Shown piece after piece: positions 1-8,257 of a stretch of DNA of 64,000 nucleotides. The translations under genes were made by a program, and so were the position numbers. Origin of the DNA: Patescibacteria group bacterium (lineage in GTDB: Bacteria > Patescibacteriota > Minisyncoccia > Phycocordibacterales > XYD1-FULL-46-19). How positions within the stretch are numbered: the first letter of the stretch is position 1; each line of letters starts with the position of its first letter. The notes beneath the pieces were generated by a model, which saw only the letters and a program-made list of their open reading frames with translations, made no database searches and was not told where the DNA came from. The stretch is taken from the NCBI GenBank assembly GCA_048617235.1, contig JBMCHT010000003.1:81958-145957 (forward strand). Direction: 5' to 3'.

Positions 1-100
1 AAGACCAACCGGCTCCTAAAATGGCTCGACGGATATCCGCCTCAGCCACCCCGTCTCTCAATTGGTTTTTTATATATTTAATTAAATCTAAATTGGCCAT
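1..100 (-). CDS. partial ORF (N-terminal ~33 codons) of an unknown protein, running off the window start
   Basis: ATG at 98-100 on the minus strand, open frame MANLDLIKYIKNQLRDGVAEADIRRAILGAGW... to position 1. No family recognisable from the fragment and no obvious SD. Confidence 0.2.
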   Translation of the reverse strand, partial: MANLDLIKYIKNQLRDGVAEADIRRAILGAGWS

Positions 101-150
101 AGAAAATAAGATTAATTTTTAAAAAATAAGAAAGTAACAATTACCGCTAA

Positions 151-300
151 TTAAGCGGCTGTTAATTTTTCTTGATGACGACCATCTTCACACATACACG
201 GCCTCAGTTCTTGTTCATATTGAGAACAAGTAGGATTTTTGCAAACTCCCGGATCATCGGCCTGACCACCGCAATCTCCGAGACAAACATAATGATTCAT
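151..300 (-). CDS. small cysteine-rich protein (49 aa, 7 Cys); possible metal-binding or zinc-ribbon-like peptide
   Basis: Own translation of the minus strand: MNHYVCLGDCGGQADDPGVCKNPTCSQYEQELRPCMCEDGRHQEKLTAA. ATG 298-300, TAA 151-153. Below the 60-aa cutoff of the ORF track. Cys spacing is C-x3-C, C-x4-C, C-x-C. Confidence 0.35.
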   Translation of the reverse strand: MNHYVCLGDCGGQADDPGVCKNPTCSQYEQELRPCMCEDGRHQEKLTAA

Positions 301-744
301 ACTTATCATTATAACCGAATTATTTTAAAACTCCGATAAAGTTATCAACAAAATACACAAATTTGAAGCTTTATTAATTTTAAATATTTTAAAAAATAAA
401 AATAGAATTAATTTAACTTATTTTTATCTTTAACTTGCCAATTTATTTCAAAGGAAATAGAATACTTATTTGGTATTTTCCATTTAGAAAATCTTAAAAA
501 AAAGAATTGGAATTTATTTTCAGAAATCCTGCCAAAACCAAATCTATTTAGTGTTAATTCAATATCAATAACCATATTTGTAATTTATATACTATATTTA
601 AAATTATGATTTTTCTCTTAAAATATTAATTTCATTAATTTTAATTATTTTATCTCCGGTTCTTCCGTAATTCAACAAAAATAAATTAGAAATATCTTTA
701 AATTATAACAAAAACCCTTAAAATAGTTTTTATTTCTTTTATAT

Positions 745-820
745 TGGTCGGGCTGCCGGGATTCGAACCCGGAGTCACTCGCTCCCAAAGCGAGCATGTT
801 AGCCGTTACACCACAGCCCG
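745..820 (-). tRNA. tRNA-Pro (anticodon TGG)
   Basis: Cloverleaf on the minus strand: acceptor CGGGCTG/CAGCCCG, anticodon stem CTCGC/GCGAG with loop TTTGGGA (G37), T-arm GGTTCGAATCC, 3' ACCA encoded. Confidence 0.85.
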
Positions 821-936
821 TTAAAACAATACCCTCAACTATAACTTAAAAAAACCAATTCTACCAGAAAAACTAAAAGACAGACATAAAAGACATTATT
901 TTGTCTCTTTATAAAAGACATAGAGGACATCCTTAA

Positions 937-1473
937 TTAATTTCCTAACCAAATATTTTTAATAATTTCCATGTCCTTTATATCCCCTGATCCGTCTATT
1001 TTTACCAAAACCAAATCAAATGACCAGCGATTATCTGTTGAATTTTTAATTATTAAATAATTTTTAACGGTTTTTAATAAAATTCTTCTTTTGGCATGAT
1101 TAAATTTAAAAACCAAAGGTGGTTCATCTTTTTTATTTTCTGCTATTAATCTGGTTTTTACCTCCACTATAGTTAAAAAGGTTTCACGACAAACATCATC
1201 ATCTTGTTTTTCAGAAACTATCAAATCCAACTCCCCTTTTCGAAATGACCAATTTTTATCTAATATCCTAAAACCTTTTTTCCGGTATTCCAATTCGGTT
1301 AATTTTTCACCATAATTCCCTATCGTCTTTTTTCTTAAATTAGGAAAAAATTGGCAAATTAGGGAATATTTTAACTTGAAATTGATCTTTATTAAATACT
1401 GTTTCACGACAAACAGTTTTTTTGAATAAAACATTCTTTTTATTTTAACAACAAAAGGTTTCATATAAAACAC
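937..1473 (-). CDS. YraN family (UPF0102) endonuclease; true start probably internal (the N-terminal ~60 aa of the ORF look like read-through of the upstream spacer)
   Basis: Motifs GEKLTELEYRKKGFRILDKNWSFRKGELDLIV...FLTIVEVKTR match the YraN/UPF0102 core (G-E-x-A-x-x-Y-L, R-G-E-I-D-L-I, VEVK). Family members are ~120 aa. Confidence 0.6.
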   Translation of the reverse strand: MFYMKPFVVKIKRMFYSKKLFVVKQYLIKINFKLKYSLICQFFPNLRKKTIGNYGEKLTELEYRKKGFRILDKNWSFRKGELDLIVSEKQDDDVCRETFLTIVEVKTRLIAENKKDEPPLVFKFNHAKRRILLKTVKNYLIIKNSTDNRWSFDLVLVKIDGSGDIKDMEIIKNIWLGN

Positions 1474-1962
1474 CTTTAAAATTGTTTCTTAAGTAACAAT
1501 TTTAGGAAAATCTTTGAAAAACCCTTATTTTACAACATATTTATCTAAAATTTGCTCAAAAAACGGTATTTTTACCTATTTTTTAGCCCAAAAACCTTTA
1601 TTTTAAAACAGATAATAACAAAAACCACTTTAAAAGACCGGTTTATTGGACAAAAATAACTGTCCGTTATACACATTTCCCCATAGTTATCCACATAAAA
1701 CCGCCTATTTAAAAGAAAAAAGGCTTTAAAAGGTAATTACTTGGGACAAGTGTCCGATTAGTATTAGACAAAAATCAATCTAAATATATTTTTTAAAAGT
1801 CCTTTTAATGTCTTTAGGAATTAGTTAAATAAAAGAATTAATGAGCTTAATTTAAAACAAAAAAGACAATAATCTAATGTTTGTCATGAAACAAAAATCA
1901 ACGATAATTATTTGATGTTTGTCGTGAAACAAAATCAGTTTTTCAAAAACAAGAAAATCTAT

Positions 1963-2036
1963 TGGTGCGGGTAGGGAGAATCGAACTCCCGTTTTATCCT
2001 TGGCAAGGATACGTCATACCACTAAACTATACCCGC
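1963..2036 (-). tRNA. tRNA-Gly (anticodon GCC)
   Basis: Minus-strand cloverleaf: acceptor GCGGGTA/TACCCGC, anticodon stem ATCCT/AGGAT with loop TTGCCAA, T-arm GGAGTTCGATTCTCC, CCA encoded. Confidence 0.85.
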
Positions 2037-2089
2037 AACAGAAAAATTATAACAGAACCGAACTTTTTAGCAAATTAAAAATTAAAAAT

Positions 2090-2112
2090 GCCGGAAAGAG
2101 GACTTGAATCTT
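2090..2112 (-). repeat. degenerate copy of the tRNA-Leu 3' end (T-arm plus acceptor 3' strand); pseudo-tRNA fragment or att-like scar
   Basis: gccggaaagaggacttgaatc (2090-2110) matches gccggagagaggacttgaacc at the 3' end of tRNA-Leu (2243-2263) at 19 of 21 positions, then diverges. No cloverleaf can be built. Extra GTTCAAGT T-loop-like motifs sit at ~2166 and ~2232. Confidence 0.45.
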
Positions 2113-2241
2113 ACTGATTCTGTTCAGATTTTCGCTATATTTATAAAAAATAGTTGAAAAACCTTGTTCAAGTCCACCTGACACTCAGTTAAAAAGAGGA
2201 GCTAGGCCTCTTCGTCATCAATTTTCACTGCGTTCAAGTTG

Positions 2242-2325
2242 TGCCGGAGAGAGGACTTGAACCTCCAAGCCCTTGCGGGCACTACGTCCTGAACGTAGCG
2301 TGTTTACCAATTTCACCACTCCGGC
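2242..2325 (-). tRNA. tRNA-Leu (anticodon CAG), long variable arm
   Basis: Minus strand: acceptor GCCGGAG/CTCCGGC, 3-bp D stem, anticodon stem CTACG/CGTAG with loop TTCAGGA (G37), variable arm GCCC-GCAA-GGGC, T-arm GGAGGTTCAAGTCCTCT. CCA not encoded. Confidence 0.8.
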
Positions 2326-2340
2326 TATTTAAAACAATTG

Positions 2341-2413
2341 TGCACCCGGAGGGACTCGAACCCCCAACCTTCGCGTCCGAAGCGCGACGCTCTATCCATT
2401 GAGCCACGGGTGC
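2341..2413 (-). tRNA. tRNA-Arg (anticodon TCG)
   Basis: Minus strand: acceptor GCACCCG/CGGGTGC, D-arm GCTCAATGGATAGAGC, anticodon stem TCGCG/CGCGA with loop CTTCGGA, T-arm GGGGGTTCGAGTCCCTC. CCA not encoded. Confidence 0.8.
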
Positions 2414-2486
2414 AAATAAAATAAACTAAAGATAATGGTATTAGAAAATTGGTAAAAAAGCAAAGATTAAGCTAAAATTACAGTTA

Positions 2487-3974
2487 ATGACTACTGTCAA
2501 CATATCCTTAACCGCTATACCAAAGCTGGTTAAAAATATTATAAACACATTGGAAAAAAAGGGTTATCCGGCTTATTTAGTCGGTGGTTGTGTACGTGAT
2601 TTAATACTTAATCGCGAACCTAAAGATTGGGATATTACCACCTCAGCCACACCGGAGGAAATTATAACCTTGTTTGATAAAACAGTTTATGAAAATGATT
2701 TTGGCACAGTAACGGTTGTGCACGAAACAGAAAAGCCAACAAGCTCTTTAAGAGAAGTGGAAATCACTCCCTTTAGAGTGGAAACAGATTATTCAGATAA
2801 TCGACGACCGGATCAAGTTACCTTCACTCCTAATTTGGAAGAAGATTTAAAAAGAAGAGATTTTACCATCAACGCTTTAGCTTATAGACCAACAACCGAA
2901 ACTTTAACCGATCTTTTTGATGGAATAAAAGATCTTAAAAACAAAGCCATTAAAACGGTCGGGGAGCCGGTAGATAGATTAAAAGAGGATTATTTAAGAA
3001 TGTTAAGAGCTGTTAGGTTGGCCACTGAATTGGAATTTGCATTAGAAAAAGAGACGGCTCAAGCAATTAAAACCACGGCTGAAAACATTAAAAGAATATC
3101 TCCTGAACGAATAAGAGATGAATTGGTAAAAATTATTATGTCTAAACAGCCTCTGATGGGATTTACTCTTTTAAGAGAATTAAATATAGAAGCACATATT
3201 TTACCCGAACTCCATCAAGCTTATGGAGTCACTCAAAGAGGAGCTCATATTTTTGATGTTTGGGAACACTCATTACGCGCCCTTCAACATGCAGCCGATA
3301 AAAATCTACCCCTGGAATTAAGATTGGCTGTTTTATTCCATGATATTGGGAAACCACCAACTAAAAGATACGATTCTCAAAAAAAGACCGTTACTTTCTA
3401 TGGCCACGAGGTGGTGGGAGCCAGAATGGCTCAAAAAATATTAACAGATTTAAAATTCTCTAAAAAAACCATAGATAAAGCAATAAAATTAATAAGATAC
3501 CATATGTTTTTTATGGATACCGATCAATTAACCTTATCTGCCGTTAGAAGATTGGTGGCTAAAGTAGGACCGGAAAATGTTTGGGATTTAATGAATATTA
3601 GAGCTTGTGATCGGATTGGAATGGGTCGACCCAAAGAAACTCCTTATCGTTTGCGTAAATACAAAGCTATGATTGAAGAAGCTACTCGAGCCCCCACTTC
3701 TGTCGGGATGTTAAAAATTGACGGTGATCAATTAATGAAACAACTAAAACTGTCTCCCGGACCACAAATCGGTAAATTACTCCAAGCTTTATTGGGCTTA
3801 GTTTTAGATCAACCGGAATTAAACACTCAAGAAAAATTACTGGCTAAAGCTAAGGAATTAAATCAATTACCACCTGAAAAATTACAAAAACTGGTCCAAG
3901 CGGGAAAAGCCAAAACTGAAGATAAAGAACAAACAGAATTGGAAACCATTAATAAAAGACATCATGTCTCATAA
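2487..3974 (+). CDS. cca: CCA-adding enzyme / tRNA nucleotidyltransferase (PolyA_pol head plus HD domain)
   Basis: N-terminal GGCVRDLIL...DWDI nucleotidyltransferase motif and an HD motif (LAVLFHDIGKP) in the translation. The 495 aa length is typical. Confidence 0.85.
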   Translation: MTTVNISLTAIPKLVKNIINTLEKKGYPAYLVGGCVRDLILNREPKDWDITTSATPEEIITLFDKTVYENDFGTVTVVHETEKPTSSLREVEITPFRVETDYSDNRRPDQVTFTPNLEEDLKRRDFTINALAYRPTTETLTDLFDGIKDLKNKAIKTVGEPVDRLKEDYLRMLRAVRLATELEFALEKETAQAIKTTAENIKRISPERIRDELVKIIMSKQPLMGFTLLRELNIEAHILPELHQAYGVTQRGAHIFDVWEHSLRALQHAADKNLPLELRLAVLFHDIGKPPTKRYDSQKKTVTFYGHEVVGARMAQKILTDLKFSKKTIDKAIKLIRYHMFFMDTDQLTLSAVRRLVAKVGPENVWDLMNIRACDRIGMGRPKETPYRLRKYKAMIEEATRAPTSVGMLKIDGDQLMKQLKLSPGPQIGKLLQALLGLVLDQPELNTQEKLLAKAKELNQLPPEKLQKLVQAGKAKTEDKEQTELETINKRHHVS

Positions 3975-4012
3975 AAATATTTTGTCTTTTTATAAAGGAC
4001 AATAATTAAATA

Positions 4013-4927
4013 TTAATCCTTTTTATGACGGCTATGAAATTTTTTGTGAGTTTGTCTTAATTCTTTATCTGTAAAATGAGTATAAATTTGAGTGGTAGAA
4101 ACATCAGCATGACCCAAAAGCATTTGAACTGATCTAATATCCGCTCCATTGCGTAATAAATCTGTAGCATAAGCATGTCGCAGAGAGTGAGGAGTCACTG
4201 CTTTAGCAATTCCAGCTTCAATCGCTCGTCGGGAGATCATTTTTTCTATACTCCGAGGCGTTAAACGACTTCTTTTTTCCGGCTTGGTTGATAAATTAAC
4301 AAATAGAGCTTCATGCATATCTGTTCTTTTGTCTAAATATTTTTTAATTGATGTTTGAGCAGTAATGGTTAAAAACACCGGCCGAATCTTTCCCCCTTTA
4401 CCCAAAACCGCCAATTCTTCTCTTTTAGTATCAAAATGTCGGCGATCTAGGGCGGTTAATTCGGATATACGCAAACCGGTAGCGAATAATAATTCTAAAA
4501 TAGCCTTATTTCTCAAAGACTTTTCATCTTGACCTTCTAATTTTAATAAACGATTAAGTTCATCTTGTTCCAAAAAATTTATTTGGCGATCGGGAGTTTT
4601 GGCTAATTCCACCCTTTCAGCCGGCAAAGACTGTATTTCCATCCGGGCTAAATACTTTAAAAAAGAACGCAGGGCGATTAAATAGTAATTTTGAGTAACT
4701 CGTTTTAATGGTTGGCCGGAATTGGTAATTTGCCTATTTAAATATAAACGGAAAAACTTAACTGTCTCATCTGTAATATCTTTGGCTTTTTCAACTCCGG
4801 TTATCGCTAAAAAACGACTAAGATAACGATCGTAATTTTCCACTGTTTTTAAACTACGCCCCTTCTCCACTTCCACATGTTCTAAAAAGGAAGTCTTTAA
4901 CTTTTCTATTTCCGTTATTTTTGACAT
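4013..4927 (-). CDS. site-specific tyrosine recombinase, XerC/XerD family
   Basis: C-terminal catalytic box HSLRHAYATDLLRNGADIRSVQMLLGHADVSTTQIYTH (R..H..R..Y). 304 aa is typical Xer size. Confidence 0.85.
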   Translation of the reverse strand: MSKITEIEKLKTSFLEHVEVEKGRSLKTVENYDRYLSRFLAITGVEKAKDITDETVKFFRLYLNRQITNSGQPLKRVTQNYYLIALRSFLKYLARMEIQSLPAERVELAKTPDRQINFLEQDELNRLLKLEGQDEKSLRNKAILELLFATGLRISELTALDRRHFDTKREELAVLGKGGKIRPVFLTITAQTSIKKYLDKRTDMHEALFVNLSTKPEKRSRLTPRSIEKMISRRAIEAGIAKAVTPHSLRHAYATDLLRNGADIRSVQMLLGHADVSTTQIYTHFTDKELRQTHKKFHSRHKKD

Positions 4928-5099
4928 AGAACCATTATAGCAAAATTAAAGCCCTAATGCCGTTTTATAAAAATAAGAGGGTAGGGGCTTGCTAAAAACA
5001 GTTAAATATGATATTCTTTAGAATAATCGCTTAGAAACAAAGGCGGTCTGGCGGTTTTTTGTAGCTTAAATTATACAAAATTAAATCCCATTTAATACT

Positions 5100-5357
5100 A
5101 TGCTAACCAGTAAAAAGAAGAAAAATATTATTAAAAAAAATCAAATTCATGAAGAAGATACCGGCTCTTCAGAGGTTCAAGTTTCTGTTTTAACAGAAAG
5201 GATAAATGAGCTAGCTAATCATTTGAAAAAAAATAAAAAAGATATTCACTCTCGACGAGGTTTGTTAAAATTGGTTTCTAAAAGACGTTCTCATTTAAAG
5301 TTTTTAGAAGGTAAAAACAAGAAAAAAGTAGCCACAACCACAGAAGAAAAAAAATAA
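5100..5357 (+). CDS. rpsO: 30S ribosomal protein S15
   Basis: [48 protein letters not shown] is the canonical S15 core. It lies in an rpsO-pnp operon context. Confidence 0.9.
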   Translation: MLTSKKKKNIIKKNQIHEEDTGSSEVQVSVLTERINELANHLKKNKKDIHSRRGLLKLVSKRRSHLKFLEGKNKKKVATTTEEKK

Positions 5358-5397
5358 AAACTTCCTCAATCTTATTTTTAAAAAATTAATTTAACTT

Positions 5398-5946
5398 ATG
5401 TCTACCATCAAACACAAAGACCAACGAGTCGGTGTTTTTATTGATGCTCAAAACCTATATCATTGTGCTAAAAACCTTTACCGCGCTCGGGTTAATTTTC
5501 AAGCTATTTTAAAAACAGTAGTCGGTAACCGTAGTTTAATCAGAGCCAGAGCTTATGTTATTACCACCGAATCCGGTGAGGAAAAAGCTTTTTTTGAAGC
5601 TCTGCAAAAAATGGGTATAGAAATAAAAACCAAGGATTTACAAATATTTTTAGGCGGAGCCAAAAAAGCTGATTGGGATGTCGGTTTGGCAGTTGATGCT
5701 ATTAGATTGGCTTCTAAATTAGATGTAGTGGTTATTGCCTCCGGTGATGGCGACTTCATCCCTTTGGTAGAATTTTTACAAAACCATTCCGGAGTTCAAG
5801 TAGAAGTAGCCGCTTTTGGTAAAAATACCTCCAGTCGCTTAAAAGAAGTAACGGATGATTTTTTGGATTTGGATCAAGATCAAAAGAAATATTTAATCCG
5901 CAATCATAGTCCTAAAAATAAAGGTTTATCTAAAAATAAAAAATAA
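5398..5946 (+). CDS. NYN-domain (LabA-like, PIN-related) predicted RNase
   Basis: VGVFIDAQNLYH...ARAY...DVGLAVDAI...VVIASGDGDFIPLV. Acidic residues sit at the NYN catalytic positions and the GDGDF motif is present. Confidence 0.65.
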   Translation: MSTIKHKDQRVGVFIDAQNLYHCAKNLYRARVNFQAILKTVVGNRSLIRARAYVITTESGEEKAFFEALQKMGIEIKTKDLQIFLGGAKKADWDVGLAVDAIRLASKLDVVVIASGDGDFIPLVEFLQNHSGVQVEVAAFGKNTSSRLKEVTDDFLDLDQDQKKYLIRNHSPKNKGLSKNKK

Positions 5947-6041
5947 AATTGTCAATTATATTATCCCGTGTTACCTTTTAAAAAGAAACAATTATTAGTT
6001 TAAAAAATTGGATGTAGAAAGATAGGTTTCAAAGACAGACT

Positions 6042-8198
6042 TTGAGATCTAAAATCTGCATCCAAACTTTAAAAAACATTATGGAAAAAAGAGAATATTC
6101 TCTGAAAATAGGTGAGGAAACTTTAACCGCTGTTTTTTCAGACTTAACCAATAGAACCAATGGTTCGGTTACCATTAAATACGGCAACACTATTGTTTTG
6201 GTTACGGCCGTTATGTCCGATAAACAAAGTTCGGCTCCTTATTTCCCTTTAGTGGTAGATTATGAGGAAAAATTTTATGCCGCCGGCTTAATTTTAGGTG
6301 GACGCTTTATTAAAAGAGAAGGTCGGCCGAGTGAAGAAGCGATTTTAGCCGCTCGAGTGATCGACAGAACCATTAGACCTTTATTTGATCACTATATTCG
6401 TCGAGATATTCAAATAGTGGCTACTGTTTTGTCTATTGATGAAAAAAATGACCCTGATATCCCGGCGGTAATTGGAGCTTCTTTGGCTTTGGGAGTATCA
6501 GATATCCCTTGGCGAGGACCGGTGGGGGCTGTCCGTTTGGGTCTGCCAACAACAGAAGATAAAAACTTTGTTATTAATCCAGACTATAACCAATCCGGTC
6601 AAATGGCTTTGGAGTTATTGGTTTGCGGTAAAGATCATAAAGTTAATATGATAGAAGCCGAGGGTAAAGAAATAAAAGAAGAAATAATAGAACAAGCTTT
6701 AGCGGAAACGGAAGAGATTATCACTGAAATTGAAAACTGGCAAAAAGAAATTATAACCAAAGAAGGAAAAACCAAGCAAGAAATTCCGGCTCCGGTTTTA
6801 CCTCAGGATTTGGTGGATTCATTTGAAGAAAAAATAAAACCGGAATTAACCAAAGCAATTTTTTCCGGTCCCGGTGATTATAATATAAAAACCGTAAATA
6901 AAAAGTGGCAAGAAATAGTGGAAGCCGGTGATCCGGATAATGATGTCCGTTTAGCCGCTGATAATCACTTTGAAGATGCTGTTGATAAACTCTTAAGAGA
7001 AGCAGCCACTGAAAACAATCGTCGAGCCGACGGTCGCCAATTAGACGAAGTCCGGTCTCTATACGCCGAAGTGGATAATCTATCTCCGATTGTTCACGGT
7101 TCAGGTATATTCTATCGCGGAGGTACCCATATCTTATCGGTTCTAACCTTATCCGGCCCTGATGACTCTCAAATCATTGACGGAATGGAAACTCAAGGAA
7201 AAAAATATTTTATGCATCATTATAATTTTCCACCTTTTTCCGTCGGAGAAACCGGCCGTTTAGGAGGTATTAATCGTCGCTCAATCGGTCACGGAGCTTT
7301 GGCTGAAAAATCTCTACGAGGAGTTTTACCGGATAGAGAAACTTTTCCTTATACTATTAGGCTGGTATCTGAAGCTTTGGCCTCCAATGGCTCCACTTCT
7401 ATGGGTTCGCTTTGTGCTTCCAGTTTAGCCTTAATGGACGGGGGAGTACCTATTTCCGGACCGGTAGCCGGTATTGCTATGGGCTTAATGATAAATCCAA
7501 ACACTAATAAACAAGCTATTTTAACAGACATTCAAGGGCCGGAAGATTCTCACGGTGATATGGATTTTAAAATAGCCGGCACCACCGAAGGAGTTACCGG
7601 TTTACAATTGGATATTAAATTAGACGGAATCCCCAGAGCTATTTTAAGTCAAGCTTTAAACGACGGCCGCCAAGCCAGACTCAAAATTTTAGAAGTTATT
7701 ACCGCAGCTTTACCTAAACCACGACCCCAAGTTAAAGAATCTGCCCCGGGAATAACCATTTTAACTATTCCTATAAGTAAAATCGGAACAGTTATCGGCC
7801 CCGGTGGTAAAATGATACAGTCTATTATTGAAAAAACCGGAGCTGAAATAAAAATAGAAGACGATGGTAAAGTTTTCCTAACCGGTTCACAAACGGGAAT
7901 CGCCGAAGCCGAAAAAGTTATTAAAGAATTAACCAGAGAATATAAAGCCGGGGAGGAATTTACCGGCGAAGTGGTTGGAATTAAAGATTTTGGAGCCTTT
8001 GTCCGAATTGGTAAAGAAACGGAAGGACTGGTTCATATTTCCGAAATTGCTCCTTTCCGCATAGATAAAACCGAAGATGTTTTAATTATTGGTCAAAAAG
8101 TTCCGGTTAAGATTTTAGCGGTAGACAATCAAGGAAAAATTAAACTATCCATCAAAGCAGTAAATCCTGATTTCATTAAACCCCATTCTCAAAAATAA
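6042..8198 (+). CDS. pnp: polynucleotide phosphorylase (PNPase); the likely true start is the ATG at 6081 (MEKREYSL...)
   Basis: Two RNase PH-like domains plus a KH domain (ITILTIPISKIGTVIGPGGKMIQSI) and an S1 domain (GEVVGIKDFGAFVRIG) in the translation. It follows rpsO. Confidence 0.95.
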   Translation: MRSKICIQTLKNIMEKREYSLKIGEETLTAVFSDLTNRTNGSVTIKYGNTIVLVTAVMSDKQSSAPYFPLVVDYEEKFYAAGLILGGRFIKREGRPSEEAILAARVIDRTIRPLFDHYIRRDIQIVATVLSIDEKNDPDIPAVIGASLALGVSDIPWRGPVGAVRLGLPTTEDKNFVINPDYNQSGQMALELLVCGKDHKVNMIEAEGKEIKEEIIEQALAETEEIITEIENWQKEIITKEGKTKQEIPAPVLPQDLVDSFEEKIKPELTKAIFSGPGDYNIKTVNKKWQEIVEAGDPDNDVRLAADNHFEDAVDKLLREAATENNRRADGRQLDEVRSLYAEVDNLSPIVHGSGIFYRGGTHILSVLTLSGPDDSQIIDGMETQGKKYFMHHYNFPPFSVGETGRLGGINRRSIGHGALAEKSLRGVLPDRETFPYTIRLVSEALASNGSTSMGSLCASSLALMDGGVPISGPVAGIAMGLMINPNTNKQAILTDIQGPEDSHGDMDFKIAGTTEGVTGLQLDIKLDGIPRAILSQALNDGRQARLKILEVITAALPKPRPQVKESAPGITILTIPISKIGTVIGPGGKMIQSIIEKTGAEIKIEDDGKVFLTGSQTGIAEAEKVIKELTREYKAGEEFTGEVVGIKDFGAFVRIGKETEGLVHISEIAPFRIDKTEDVLIIGQKVPVKILAVDNQGKIKLSIKAVNPDFIKPHSQK

Positions 8199-8257
8199 AA
8201 AGTTATTCCAAAAAAAGTCTTGCCCTAAAGACCTAATCACCTTTATAATGTTATTTA

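Noticed and set aside
301-744. 444-bp AT-rich non-coding stretch as a possible ncRNA or rRNA fragment
   Set aside because: No conserved rRNA or tmRNA/RNase P signature strings and no stable long-range pairing found by eye. Left unassigned.
2090-2200. Possible fifth tRNA (or intron-containing tRNA or tmRNA-like element) between tRNA-Gly and tRNA-Leu
   Set aside because: Only the T-arm and 3' acceptor half is recognisable. No D-arm or anticodon arm or complementary 5' acceptor strand could be built in either orientation. Treated as a decayed fragment.
4013-4927. Xer-family recombinase as a marker of a prophage or integrative element
   Set aside because: Single gene with the canonical XerC/D catalytic box and housekeeping neighbours (cca, rpsO). 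No phage structural, repressor or excisionase genes. Interpreted as chromosome dimer resolution, although the nearby tRNA scars are noted separately.
7349-7531. 60-68-aa ORFs antisense to pnp and the NYN gene (also 5553-5759, 8395-8631, 10143-10325, 14022-14204, 15932-16120, 20919-21104, 22750-23145, 24296-24493, 26332-27090, 27916-30307, 33133-33423, 34642-34830, 43034-43408, 46259-46450, 48098-48319, 50443-50628, 53996-54202, 55248-55451, 56815-57018, 59312-59620, 61632-61853, 62816-63341)
   Set aside because: Each is embedded in or antisense to a longer ORF with clear homology or coding character. Typical spurious antisense ORFs.
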